A DNA stretch of 64,000 bases from Octopus sinensis (Eukaryota), in assembly GCF_006345805.1 (NCBI RefSeq), contig NC_043019.1, positions 17,855,360 through 17,919,359 on the forward strand, in the 5' to 3' direction. The position numbers and the translations under genes are program-made. Of the stretch, positions 12,321-23,754 are shown piece after piece. Under the pieces are notes generated by a model that did no database searches, was not told the origin of the DNA, and was given only the letters and a program-made list of their open reading frames with translations. The stretch's first letter is position 1, and every line of letters begins with the position of its first letter.

Positions 12321-12923
12321 AGTTTTGAAATTAAAAAAGAGAAAATGTATTTATCTCGACACATTAAGTTTATCTCGACACATTAAGTTTAATGAAGCAC
12401 AGAGAATCGAAATGCATGTTCAACATTAACGAAAAGTTTTGGACTCAGTAGATTTTATCTAAATATTTAGTGTAAGGCATCTTGAGAAATACTTTTCGCT
12501 TTTCGGACATTCTTTTGCCATTAAATCAACAATATAACGGCGATCATAACTCAAGGAGCATAAGAAAAAATTATAGATTTTATCTTGAAGATTTTACGCA
12601 CAAATATTTGGTTTGCATCTAAGAAAGAAGAGTGGAGTTAATCATGATTCTTGAAGGTGTTCCCAGATGTATGAGGTATTGCGTTTGATTTTCAAGTTGA
12701 ACTTATGTAGATAGATTTCTTCAGGGGGAAAAAAGCTGTCAGCGAATGATTGCCAATAGAAGAATGATTGAAACAAAATGATAACGAGAGAAAATAGATT
12801 GAGGGGCAACATTGTAAGATTATGGAATGTAAAGGAGGGAACAACAAGAAAACTCTCTGGTGAGTAAGAGCATAATTCATAAGTTGCATGGAAAGAGAGA
12901 AAAGAGAGTGAGAAAGTAAGAGC

Positions 12924-12980
<57 letters not shown>

Positions 12981-13208
12981 GAAGAGAAGAAGAGAGATAG
13001 AGATAGAGAGAGGAGACGAGAGAACTGAAGGTCGTAGCTGTATGAAACCTGAATCACAAGAAAAAAGTTGCAATATGAATGGAGGATACATTCTCTCCAC
13101 TCCCCACTATAGCTTGAATACTTTGTTCTTGTATTGGCGAAGTGTGATACCTGAATACGCATGCGCATATATTCATACATACATACATATAACAAGAGAA
13201 AGCTACGC

Positions 13209-13254
<46 letters not shown>

Positions 13255-13261
<7 letters not shown>

Positions 13262-14260
13262 ATTTAGGGATGGTCATGTTGCCAGTTTAGCCCATAAAAA
13301 CACACGCACTATATATTTGGTGTTACTTTGCTTCAGTGTCATTTATTTTTTACATTAATCTTAATCTTATTTCGGCCAGTGTTCTTTCGTCACACTCCTG
13401 TGACCTCATCAGTGGTCCTTTGCTTTCTTCTTTCTTACTTGTGTGTCTCTCCTTACTAACGGTCAGCCATTTTGTAATTTGTATTCCTATTGTATGTGTT
13501 TTTATATGCGCATGCGTATACCCCTATGCGTGTCTATGTTTAGTAAGTACGTGTGTGTGGGTGGTGGGGATGGGAGAAATGTCTGTATTATCTGTATCCC
13601 CTGTTTATACACGTTCATGTAATTTTATTTTATTTATTTTGTTCATGTGTTTATACCTACTTATTATCTTTTATATTTAATTTAATTAATTTTAAAAAAA
13701 TTATAAATATTGAATATATATATAGTTATTTAATTCCATTTGTTTATCTGTGTATTTTATTATGTTTTGTTTATATTCTTATCGGTTTATGGGGATTTTA
13801 TTCTGTCATATGTTGTGGTGTGTTGGGGGTGTGTGTTAGTGTTCCATTCCAGTTTCCTATTCAGGCTAGGTTTATCTTCTATAATGTGTGTAGCTTCTGT
13901 AATTTGTCTAAGTGTTGCGTCTGTTCTATGTGAGGACATGATTTTAACTTCTATGTTGTTAAGTGTGCCCCCGTGTTCCTGATCGGCGTGCTGGTACAGA
14001 ACCGATGAACTCTTCTCTTCCTTAAGTTCCCTCCAATCGTCATTTATTCGCTCTCCTATGCTCCGTGCTGTCTCCCCTACGTACGTTGTTGTCTTGTTAC
14101 TACATCGTCCCTCTGTACATCTTATACTATAGACTACATTTCTGGCTTTACTGTTTGTTTGTGGGTTAAATCTACGCCCAGTACAGTTCCTATCAGTACA
14201 GGGGGTTCTACTAAAAGGGTAGGTTCTACCTATTAGGGATTTGATAGGGTTGATAAACAT
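13255..14260 (-). mobile_element. Penelope-like element 3' part: GIY-YIG ORF remnant (13787-14260) plus 3' non-coding region
   Basis: NVVYSIRC...YVGETARSIGERI...RQITEA.HI...P.LN is a GIY-YIG signature. The 3' region 13255-13670 is repeated at 42878-43300. Confidence 0.8.
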
Positions 14261-14470
14261 ACGAATGGGTGGACAAGCGAAAGGGCACTCAACACATTTA
14301 TTGGGAGTTATAAGTATGATTCAAACTGTTTTGATCCATGTGTGTGTGTGTGTGCGTGTGTGTGTGTGTGTGCGTGTGTGTGTGTATGTGTGTGTGTGTG
14401 TGTGTGTAGTATTACACATGCAAGTGCAAATATAACCATTGAGGAACACGTTAATGTGTATACATACATA

Positions 14471-14782
14471 TTACTTGTTTCAGTCATTTGACTGCGGCTA
14501 TACTGGGACACCGCCTTGAAGAAATTTAGTCAAACAAATCGACCCTGGTACTTATTCTATTGAGAGATGTAAAAATCCACCCCGGTTGTCAAGTGATGGT
14601 GATGGTGGTGGCTGCGATACACAAAGATATATACGATGGACTTCTTTCAATTTTTATCGACCAAATCCACTCAGAAGGAATTGGTCGGCCGGAGGCTGTA
14701 GTAGAAAACCTTTGCCTAAGATGTCACGAATTGGGATTGAACCCAGAACTATGTGGCTGGAATTAAACTTCGTACCACACAC
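14471..14782 (-). mobile_element. SINE family B, diverged
   Basis: Reverse-complement of the family B body and CORE segment. Confidence 0.7.
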
Positions 14783-14861
14783 ACACACACGTGTGTGTCT
14801 GTGCGTGTGATTTATATATTATTTCAGGACATATTTTTTCCAGCGCATATACAGAAGGATA

Positions 14862-15095
14862 TATATTTCTCTACTACCCACAAGGGGCTAAACACAGAGG
14901 GGACAAACAAGGATAGACAAACGAATTAAGTCGATTACATCGACCCCAGTGCGTAACTGGTACTTAATTTATCGACCCCGAAAGGATGAAAGGCAAAGTC
15001 GACCTCGGCGGAATTTGAACTCAGAACGTAACGGCAGACGAAATACGGCTACGCATTTCGCCCGGCGTGCTAACGTTTCTGCCAGTTCGCCGCCT
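14862..15095 (-). mobile_element. SINE family A, young full monomer
   Basis: Nearly identical to the 9261-9493 copy. Confidence 0.9.
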
Positions 15096-15504
15096 TCAGA
15101 AGAAGGATATATGATTATGTTTATCCAGAAGAAGGATACATGATTATGTTTCTGCCGATATATTTTATATTATCTTTCCTAGCTTCACTAAATGTCAAGA
15201 TATTTATAAACACCAAAATGTAATGTTTGTATTTTAAAATTTAACGAGCAAAAACTGGAAGGACGCACAGAAAATAAGTATATTCAACAACAATAATAAT
15301 AGTTATAAATTTTGACACAAGGCCAGGGATTTTGGAGTGGGGGTCTGTCGACCCTAATACTAGACTGGAATCTTTGTGGTTTTCGTCACTGTTTACAGTT
15401 ATCTATAATTTTTTTTTTACTGTATCATATAGATGTAATTTTTGACGATGAATCCGCATTTGTTATTCATTTATTCTTGAAGAAATTTGCAAAAATGTTA
15501 GACA

Positions 15505-15666
15505 GGCGCAGGAGTGGCTGTGTGGTAAGTAGCTTGCTAACCAACCACATGGTTCCGGGTTCAGTCCCACTGCGTGACATCTTGGGCAAGTGTCTTCTGC
15601 TATAGCCTTGGGCCGACCAAAGCCTTGTGAGTGGATTTGGTAGACGGAAACTGAAAGAAGCCCGTC

Positions 15667-15701
<35 letters not shown>

Positions 15702-15922
15702 TGTGTGTGTTTGTGTGTCTGTGTTTGTCCCCCTAGCATTGCTTGACAACCGATGCTGGTGTGTTTATGTCCCCGTTACTTAGCGGTTCGGCAAAAGAGA
15801 CCAATAGAATAAGTACTGGGCTTACAAAAGAATAAGTCCCAGGGTCGAGTTGCTCGATTAAAGGCGGTGCTCCAGCATGGCCGCAGTCAAATGATTGAAA
15901 CAAGTAAAAGAGTAAAAGAGAG
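15505..15922 (+). mobile_element. SINE family B, full-length
   Basis: ggcgcaggagtggctgtgtggtaagtagcttgct (A box)...ggttcagtccc (B box), CORE, (TA)n, 3' body ending agtaaaagag. Confidence 0.9.
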
Positions 15923-17164
15923 TATTCAAAGTTTGATGATTTCAGAATTTTCAGCCAATCAAAGAACAACGCGTTTGCTGCCTCTTCCACCATCCGGGGG
16001 TATCGGCATGTCAAAACAATCAACTAGCTTTAGTAAACTGAAAAACATGAAAACATTCGCGAGCAAATTAACTATTTAAAAACTACGAACAAACCAACAG
16101 GAGTTGCTAGAAATAACAGTCAAAACATTGCTTACAACAGACATCCAGACATCTATTAGTTAAAAAAATTCAAGAACGAATGTTTGCAATACACTCTAGG
16201 ATTTTATAAAATAAAATTAACTTTCTCGTATCTCCTTCTCCACATAAATTCACAAAGATATGAGTCAACCATGGAATGGTGTGTCCCACACCGGCGTTTG
16301 TTTGCACGCTTTAAAGATGCCCAAGCATCCTTCTCAACACGTGGGTATGATGCTTCCTACCCCACTACTTCTGCTCATGATCTGAGATCCACAAATTGTC
16401 AGCCACTGAAGGACATGCTCAAGTGGTTAATGTCAACCAAATCTGAGCAGAATATTTGCTATAACGATATTTCTGCTTCAGCAACTCAGCACTGAATCAG
16501 TCTGAAATGTAATGGAAAATAGCTCAGTTTCAAAACATTGATGTCCAGGTCAGAAAAGCAAATTTTGAAGGGAACGGTAGTCATTTCCTTTGATTTCTAG
16601 ACAGAAGCAAATAGAAAATAATACTTACTGACCAATGACAAACAAAAAATAAAATTGTTAACCAGTGTTATTGAAAGCTGTGAGTATCTAAGGTTACCCA
16701 CATAAATTCTCTCAGGAATACGAACCTGAGTCAAATTGAATAATAAATTAAAAATAATTATTTCCTCTCCGTCTCTTTTCTCAACCTTCTCTCCTCCCCC
16801 ACCTAAAAAAAAAAATCATAAACCAAATTAAACAGAGCACCATTGATTTTGCTTCTGTCAATGTAGACGTTTGTTGATGGCTATAAATGTTCACGTGACT
16901 TTTATTAAGCATCTGAATTTCATTGTCTGACAACTCGATGGAATGATTAATCTTCTCAATGGATAAACGTTCGTTTCTCTGGCTACAGATTATTTAATTA
17001 AATATACAAACTTAAATATTGAGATTAGTTTTTGCGAATTATCTCCTATTAACCTTCCCCCCTTTCTCTCTCCATCTCTCCATCCCTCTCTCTCGCTCTT
17101 TGTTCATACACACCAACATATATATGTATACATATACATACATAATGTATCTATGTATGCTCTT

Positions 17165-17388
17165 ACTCTCACTCTTTTACTTGTTTCAGTTATGTGACTG
17201 TGGCCATGCTGGAGCACCGCCTTTAGTCGTGCAAATCGACCCCAGGACTTATTCTTTGTAAGCCTAGTACTTATTCTATCGGCCTCTTTCGCCGAACCGC
17301 TAAGTTACGGAGACGTAAACACACCAGCATCGGTTGTCAAGCGATGTTGGTGGGGAGGAAATCACAGACACACAAACATACACACACA

Positions 17389-17427
<39 letters not shown>

Positions 17428-17566
17428 GACGGGCTTCTTTCAGTTTCCGTCTACCAAATCCACGCTCAAGGCTTTGGTCGGCCTGAGGCTATAGTAGAAG
17501 ACACTTGCCCAAGGTGCCATGCAGTGGGATTGAACCCGGAACCATGTGGTTCGTAAGCAAGCTACT
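17165..17566 (-). mobile_element. SINE family B interrupted in its tRNA-like head (rest of head at 19711-19741)
   Basis: Copy stops at ...gtaagcaagctact. The missing taccacac(a)(g/c)ccactcctg is found at 19723-19741. Confidence 0.8.
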
Positions 17567-19710
17567 TTATTTCATTAAGATTTGCCATAAAAGCATCACA
17601 AAGAGTAGCTTGCGGGCTGGACATATACGTTGATGAGGTGAATCATGAAACAAGGATGATATTGATGAGAGAAGGCAGAAGACGCCCGCCGATACTCTGC
17701 TTCTCTAAAACATTGTTCTTTTTTTACGACAGTTTTTATAATTATTGGACTTAATAGTCGATTACAAAATTATTCAGTATACACACAATCAATCCTCCTC
17801 ATCGGAGCCCCCAAGCAAATGACCCGCCGCCTGCAGGAAAGCCTGCATCGGCAGGTCGGGGTCCGGAAAGAGGAAAGCAAATTCTTTCTTATTACAGGTC
17901 ACCATGACCTCAAACAACTCTTTCTGAGTCACGACCTCTGCAGCCACCTGCGGAGGCCAGCTTGGACAGTCTATACAGACCGAGTCCAATCGTTCTCGGC
18001 CTGGAAGCTCGTTCAAGCACTTCTCGGCAGGCCCTCCCCTGAAGTAGAAAACGATGGGTTTCACCTCCTTCTCACGGGGAGGAGCCTCAGCCTGCTCTGT
18101 CAGTGGCTCAATTCCTACTGACAGAGTTTCTCGCTCCAGTGGCACTCCTTCCACCGGAGGAGCATCGGGTTCGGTCGGCGGCACAACGACATCCGCTGAC
18201 CGTCTCCCGTTTTTCTTTCTTTTCTTTTTCCTTCTTACGGTTGCGGGAGTCGGGGCCTCTACCGGCACACCCGGGGGTCCTCCTCTCCAGCAACCTGCGC
18301 ATCTGTTTACCTTTATTTTCCTTCTCGTTGAGGCCGATGCCTCAAAGACTTCCTCCGTTTCTCCCTGCAATGGGAGAGCGGAGGGTACCTTCAGCTTTCT
18401 CTGCTCCGAGACCTTGCTACGGCCCCGGGTGCAGTCCTTCTTAATATGACCTGACTCCAGGCACGAGTAACACTTGGGGGATGACCCTCAAGTATCACTG
18501 GATACCTTAAGCCATCCATTAAAAAAAATCTGGAAAAACCAGAAATGTTGCGGCCGATGGGGTCCATAGGGTCAAAATCGCTTTTGACCCTTCCCAATCG
18601 ACCGCCGGCATTTAAGAGCTTGGGCCTGCTATCCCCCAGTCCCCAGTCCCCGTCGGATGGTATCTTCAATCCAACCGGTGCCTGGGGGTAACCCACATAC
18701 CCAGGCTCTTATTAATTTCCTCTCGCAGTACGACGGGAGGAACAAAATCTCGTTGCCCTCTAAGGGCTGACTCGCAAAATTGCGAGCCTTTTCCAGGTTG
18801 TCAAACAGCAACTATACAGTTGCATGTTTGACACCGCAGGATATGTATTTCATAGAAGACAAATAGTCTTTCAGTTCATTTTCTATAACTGGTTTTGGGA
18901 AGACGGTGATGGAATCAAGAACTTTAGAATAAGTTCTAATCACTATCGTCCTCTCCTCCATATCTTTTAACCACTGCTTCGGTGGGACAATTTCCCGCAC
19001 AACAATCTTATCCGTATTTTTTTTTGCCATGTCTAAAGCAATAGTTCACAAAAAAGAGAAGAGAGAATTTAAAAGAAAACAAAAGGGAAGAAGAAAGAAA
19101 GAAAAAAACAAACAGTTCAATAAAAAGTCACAATAGAAGAAGAAACCAATAGTTCAAAAACAGAAAACACAGCAAAAAAATCTTCTGGGCATTCATGTAC
19201 TCCAAGCCCTTATGGTACTCCAATTCGAACCTGGACTGCTCCACTTGAATACAGCTTTCCAACGTAGTCGTAAAATACACACTATTTAAAAACAGCGAAC
19301 GACTTTCGGTGGCAGGATAGTCACCAAACTATATTTCTCACAATGAGAAAAAAAATTTTCACTTCATGTGAACACTTGAAATACAGTTTTCCAAAAATGG
19401 TAAATGTTTTTGTAAAAACAAAGTATTTGAAGGATACGCCCACCCGAAAATGAAAAAAAAATCTTCATTTGCTATGGAGCATATTGCTGAAACACAAGTA
19501 GACCAGCATCCTGAATTCAGTGAGGATTCCGTTTGTAAAATATATAAGCACAGACAACGACCCTCACCGGGTCCAAGAGAAGGGCCTTACTTCGCAGCAG
19601 CTTCTTTTGGCAGGCTCAACACAGCCGGCTATCTTCTTCAGTGCACAACGCCAATGGCGCATGCGCACACTGACAACAAAGACTCATGGGAAGTCCCAAA
19701 GACTCATGGG
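17567..19710 (-). mobile_element. ORF1-only (gag-like) non-LTR-type element, 2.14 kb, with target-site duplication
   Basis: TSD aagcaagct(a/t)ct at 17555-17566 and 19711-19722. Decayed ORF 19030->17789 with a CCHC knuckle. 3' end aatgaaataaa. No ORF2/RT sequence. Confidence 0.7.
17789..19030 (-). pseudogene. Decayed retrotransposon ORF1/Gag-like protein with zinc knuckle CYSCLESGHIKKDC (18431-18472)
   Basis: ATG 19030; in-frame TAG 18812-18814; several frameshifts, including a 7-bp duplication near 18640 and the G-run at 18476-18480. Reassembled ...FPDFFLMDGLRYPVILEGHPPKCYSCLESGHIKKDC resembles L1/Tx1-type ORF1. Lys/Arg-rich and Pro-rich linker follows. Confidence 0.75.
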
Positions 19711-19751
19711 AAGCAAGCTTCTTACCACACACCCACTCCTGTATGTGTATC

Positions 19752-19985
19752 TCTTTTATCTTTTGTTTCAGTCACTCGGTTGCGGCCATGATGGAGCACC
19801 ACCCTGAAGAATTTTTTGTCGAATGTATGGACCCCAGTATTTATATTTTTTTAAAGCCTGGTACTTATTCTATCAATCTCTTTTGCCGAACCGCTAGGTG
19901 CGGGAACATTAACACACCAGTAACGGTTGTCAAGCGGTGATAGTGATGGTGGTGGTGGTGGTGAGAGTCAAATACAGACACAAAA

Positions 19986-20038
<53 letters not shown>

Positions 20039-20800
20039 TACATATATCCAACGGGCTTCTTTCAGTTTAGCCCACAAGGGGCTAAACACAGAGAGGACAA
20101 ACAAGAACAGACAAAGGGATTAAGTCGATTACATTAACCCCAGTGCGAAACTGGTACTTTATTTATCGACCCCGAAAGGATGAAAGGCAAAGTCGACCTC
20201 GGCGGAATTTGAACTCAGGACGTAGCGGCAGACGAAATACCTATTTCCTTACTACCCACAAGGGGCTAAACACAGAGAGGACATACAAGGACAGACAAAC
20301 GGATAAAGTCGATTATATCGACCCCAGTGCGTAACTGGTACTTATTTAATCGACCCCGAAAGGATGAAAGGCAAAGTCGACCTCGGCGGAATTTGAACTC
20401 AGAACGTAGCGGCAGACGAAATACCTATTTCCTTACTACCCACAAGGGGCTAAACACAGAGAGGACATACAAGGACAGACAAACGAATTAAGTCGATTAC
20501 ATCGACCCCAGTGCGTAACTGGTACTTTATTTATCGACCCCAAAAGGATGAAAGGCAAAGTCAACCTCGGCGGAATTTGAACTCAGATCGCAACGGCAGA
20601 CGAAATACGGCTACACATTTCGCCCGGCGTCCTAACGATTCTGCCAGCTCACCGCCTTCTTTCAGTTTCTGCCTACCAAATCCACTCACAAGGCTTTGAT
20701 CAACCCGAGGTAGAAGACACTTACCCAAGGTACCACCCAATGGGACTGAACCCGTAACATGTGTTCGGGAAGCAGGTTTCTTATCACACATACCCCCACC
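19752..20800 (-). mobile_element. SINE family B host split by a SINE A trimer
   Basis: Family B sequence stops at 20068 and resumes at 20657 with a duplicated cttctttcagttt. Confidence 0.8.
20069..20655 (-). mobile_element. SINE family A trimer (one head plus three ~184-bp bodies)
   Basis: ggggctaaacacagagagg recurs near 20078, 20263 and 20446; a single head lies at 20600-20655. Confidence 0.85.
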
Positions 20801-20896
20801 CCACACACACACACGCACACACGAACACACACATGCACATACACATTTATATGCACACACACACATACACACATATATACATACATGCATACATGT

Positions 20897-21046
20897 GAGT
20901 GGCTGTGTGGTAAGTAGCTTGCTTACGAATCCCATAGTTCCAGGTTCAGTCCCTGGGCAAGTGTCTTCTACTATAGCCTCGGGCCGACCAAAGCCTTGTC
21001 AGTGGATTTGGTAGACGGAAACTGAAAGAAATCCGTCGTATATATG

Positions 21047-21078
<32 letters not shown>

Positions 21079-21270
21079 CGTATGTTTTTGTGTCTGTGTT
21101 TGTCCCCCTGGTGTGTTTACGTCCCCGTAACTTAGCCGTTCGGCAAAAGAGCATGATAGAGTAAGTACTAGGCTTACAAAGAGTAAGTCCTGGGGTCGAT
21201 TTGCTCGACCAAAGGCGGTGCTCCAGCATGGCCACAGTCAAATGACTGAAACAAGTAAAAGAGTAAAAGA
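20897..21270 (+). mobile_element. SINE family B
   Basis: gagtggctgtgtggtaagtagc...aagtaaaagagtaaaaga. Confidence 0.85.
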
Positions 21271-22042
21271 CACACAGACCTACTTAGCCACATCATATGC
21301 ATATATACGTACACACACACAAACACACATACACACACACACAAACACACACATACGCACACACACACACACACACACACATATGTATGTGTGTATGTAT
21401 GTATCTATCTGTCCGTTTGAAATCTCCAGATATTATGGTGAGGGAAAAGAGAAAAAAAATATGATTTTTTCGAAGAAATTAGCATAATTTAGGCTTCAAA
21501 AGTTTCATCATTAAATTACGTTGCACTCGGTGAAACTCACCCGGAAAAACGGCTCTCAACCGCTTAATGGTTGCGCGCACGCGCGTGTGTGTGAGTGTGT
21601 GCATATGTGTATGTGCGTGTGCGTGTGTGTGTATGTGTGTGTGTGTGTATGTGTGTGTGAACGCGAGCGTTTGTGAATTTAAGTAAGTTGAAGAAAAATT
21701 ACATAACACCATTTTTGTCGGTGTCTGCGGGTTGAAAGTGATACACCCACACACACCCGCCACACACGCACACAAACACACAGAGACACACACAGAGAGA
21801 CACACCACACACACAGACACACACACACACACAGACACACACACACACATTAAATTTTAAACCCACTCACACATACATGTAATTCTGGCGCGTTTAAATC
21901 CTCGTAACTTAAGAGTTTGTTAAAAAAGAATATAGAAGAATCATAAGTGCTGGAATCTATTCTGTTCTATATTTTGAAGATGAAGAATTCTGTACATTAT
22001 TTATATTGGACGGATATGTGCTCTCATCTTGTTTGTTGCTAC

Positions 22043-22084
22043 CACAACGTTTCGGTTGATTTACTCTCCAGCCTTCATCAGGTG
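22043..22084 (-). ncRNA. Type I hammerhead ribozyme motif in a PLE-like terminal repeat (~21955-22400)
   Basis: Minus strand CAC-CTGATGA-A-GGCTG-gagagtaaat-CAACC-GAAAC-GTT-GTG. Canonical core, one stem II mismatch. Confidence 0.7.
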
Positions 22085-22536
22085 TCCTGGTAGAATTTTG
22101 AAATCAACCCCTGGGTCTCATTCCTAAGATATTTTTTTGCTGATATTATTATTATTATTACTATTATTATTTATTCAAGGCACTGTCTGGAATTGAAATC
22201 GGAATCTTGGGATTAATAGCCCGCGTTTCTTAATCATTGCGCTATATGCCTGTGGGCAATTATAGAGTGAATTTTTAGGGCTTATAAACCTAATAGTTTT
22301 GTATCCTTCCTTAATACCGGTTCCCATATTTTACTCATATCTGTACTAGATCTGCTTCGAAGGTTATTGTATCCTAGCATATGTGCTGCCTATTTTAGCT
22401 TCCGTTCGACTAAAATTCTTCAAGCTGTGCTGCAGTGAAAAATGACTGAAAAGATGTGTGTGCGTATGTGTGTGTGTGTGTGTAGGTGTGTGTGTGTGTG
22501 TGTGTGTAGGTGTGTGTGTATTTATACATTTAAGCA

Positions 22537-22870
22537 TTGAAATTCTATTCTCTCCAGCATCGCCGTGAGCAATACATCATTTGCAGGATGTGGAGAATAC
22601 GCCATCGGCATTTCCCAATCAACCTCAACATTAGCTTCAAAGTTCATCCAAGGCTAGGACCAAGGGCTATACGTCTCCTACCCACTTCAGGATCACAACA
22701 CATAAATACACTGCAACACAATTTCTTTTCCTCAACAGGCCCTACCCTGTTTAACATTGTCCCGAAACAGATCAAAGAGGAAAAGGATCCCATTACGGTA
22801 TCTGGACAAATTTCTTGAAGGAATACCAGACAAACCACCCATACCTGGATACAACTCACTCAACAAGATG
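22537..22870 (+). mobile_element. CR1/L2-group LINE RT C-terminal fragment
   Basis: YSLQHRREQYII..WRI...HNFFSSTGPTLFNIVP; after a frameshift YLDKFLEGIPDKPPIPGY. Confidence 0.65.
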
Positions 22871-22877
22871 GATGGAA

Positions 22878-23277
22878 GCACCCCGTCGGTTACGACGACG
22901 AGGGTTCCGGTTGATCCGAATCAACGGAACAGCCTGCTCGTGAAATTAACGTGTAAGTGGCTGAGCACTCCACAGACACGTGCACCCTTAACGTAGTTCT
23001 CGGGGATATTCAGCGTGACACAGAGAGTGACAAGGCCGGCCCTTGAAATACAGGTACAACAGAAACAGGAAGTAAGAGTGAGAGAAAGTTGTGGTGAAAG
23101 AGTACAGCAGGGATCACCCACCATCCCCTGCCGGAGCCTCGTGGAGCTTTTTCAGGTGTTTCGCTCAATAAACACTCACAACGCCCGGTCTGGAATCGAA
23201 CCGCGATCCTATGACCGCGAGTCCGCTGGCCCTAACCACTGGGCCATTGCGCCTCACACTCAACAAGAACTCTCCTA
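22878..23277 (-). mobile_element. tRNA-derived SINE (family D)
   Basis: Minus strand head ggcgcaatggcccagtggttaggg...ggttcgattccagacc; the rest is not tRNA-like. Confidence 0.8.
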
Positions 23278-23654
23278 CTTGGATGGACCCATGATTAAAG
23301 TTTGTAGTTGAGCAAAAGTTTATTGACATGGAGGAGTGGAATATTGGAAAAGAATTGCCTGTTCATGATGATTTGTTGCAGGTATAAAACTAGCGACATC
23401 ATGATCACTGTTCATGCTCTGCAAACAACTATGAAGGCTGTATGAATTGACAAGGACAACTGCAATCTGTGCCTGCAATCTGACTATGTATATGCTTATG
23501 TACATAAGCACTGCTTTAGAATCAAATTAGAATTTATAATCAAAAGGCCTTTACCTTTCTTTAATTTACAACCTCATTTTGGTTTTGAGATTTTGTAGAA
23601 CGATCCGATTTGCATTTCCTAAATATTGATATTTCTTTATTTAGAAACTAGCAG

Positions 23655-23754
23655 NNNNNNNNNNNNNNNNNNNNNNNNNNNNNNNNNNNNNNNNNNNNNN
23701 NNNNNNNNNNNNNNNNNNNNNNNNNNNNNNNNNNNNNNNNNNNNNNNNNNNNNN
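23655..23754. other. Assembly gap (100 N)
   Basis: Run of exactly 100 N. Confidence 1.

Noticed and set aside
12350-12387. 19-bp tandem duplication (and a 26-bp one near 15098-15150)
   Set aside because: Isolated two-copy slippage with no insert between the copies.
14949-15143. Recurrent MRNWY...RPRKDERQSRPRRNLNSE ORFs (also 7961, 20143, 20511)
   Set aside because: Incidental frames in SINE A copies, not a gene family.
23190-23277. tRNA gene
   Set aside because: A/B boxes are present, but the acceptor stem is incomplete and the sequence runs into a SINE body. The same applies to the other SINE heads.
23655-23754. N run as a biological feature
   Set aside because: Scaffolding gap of nominal size.
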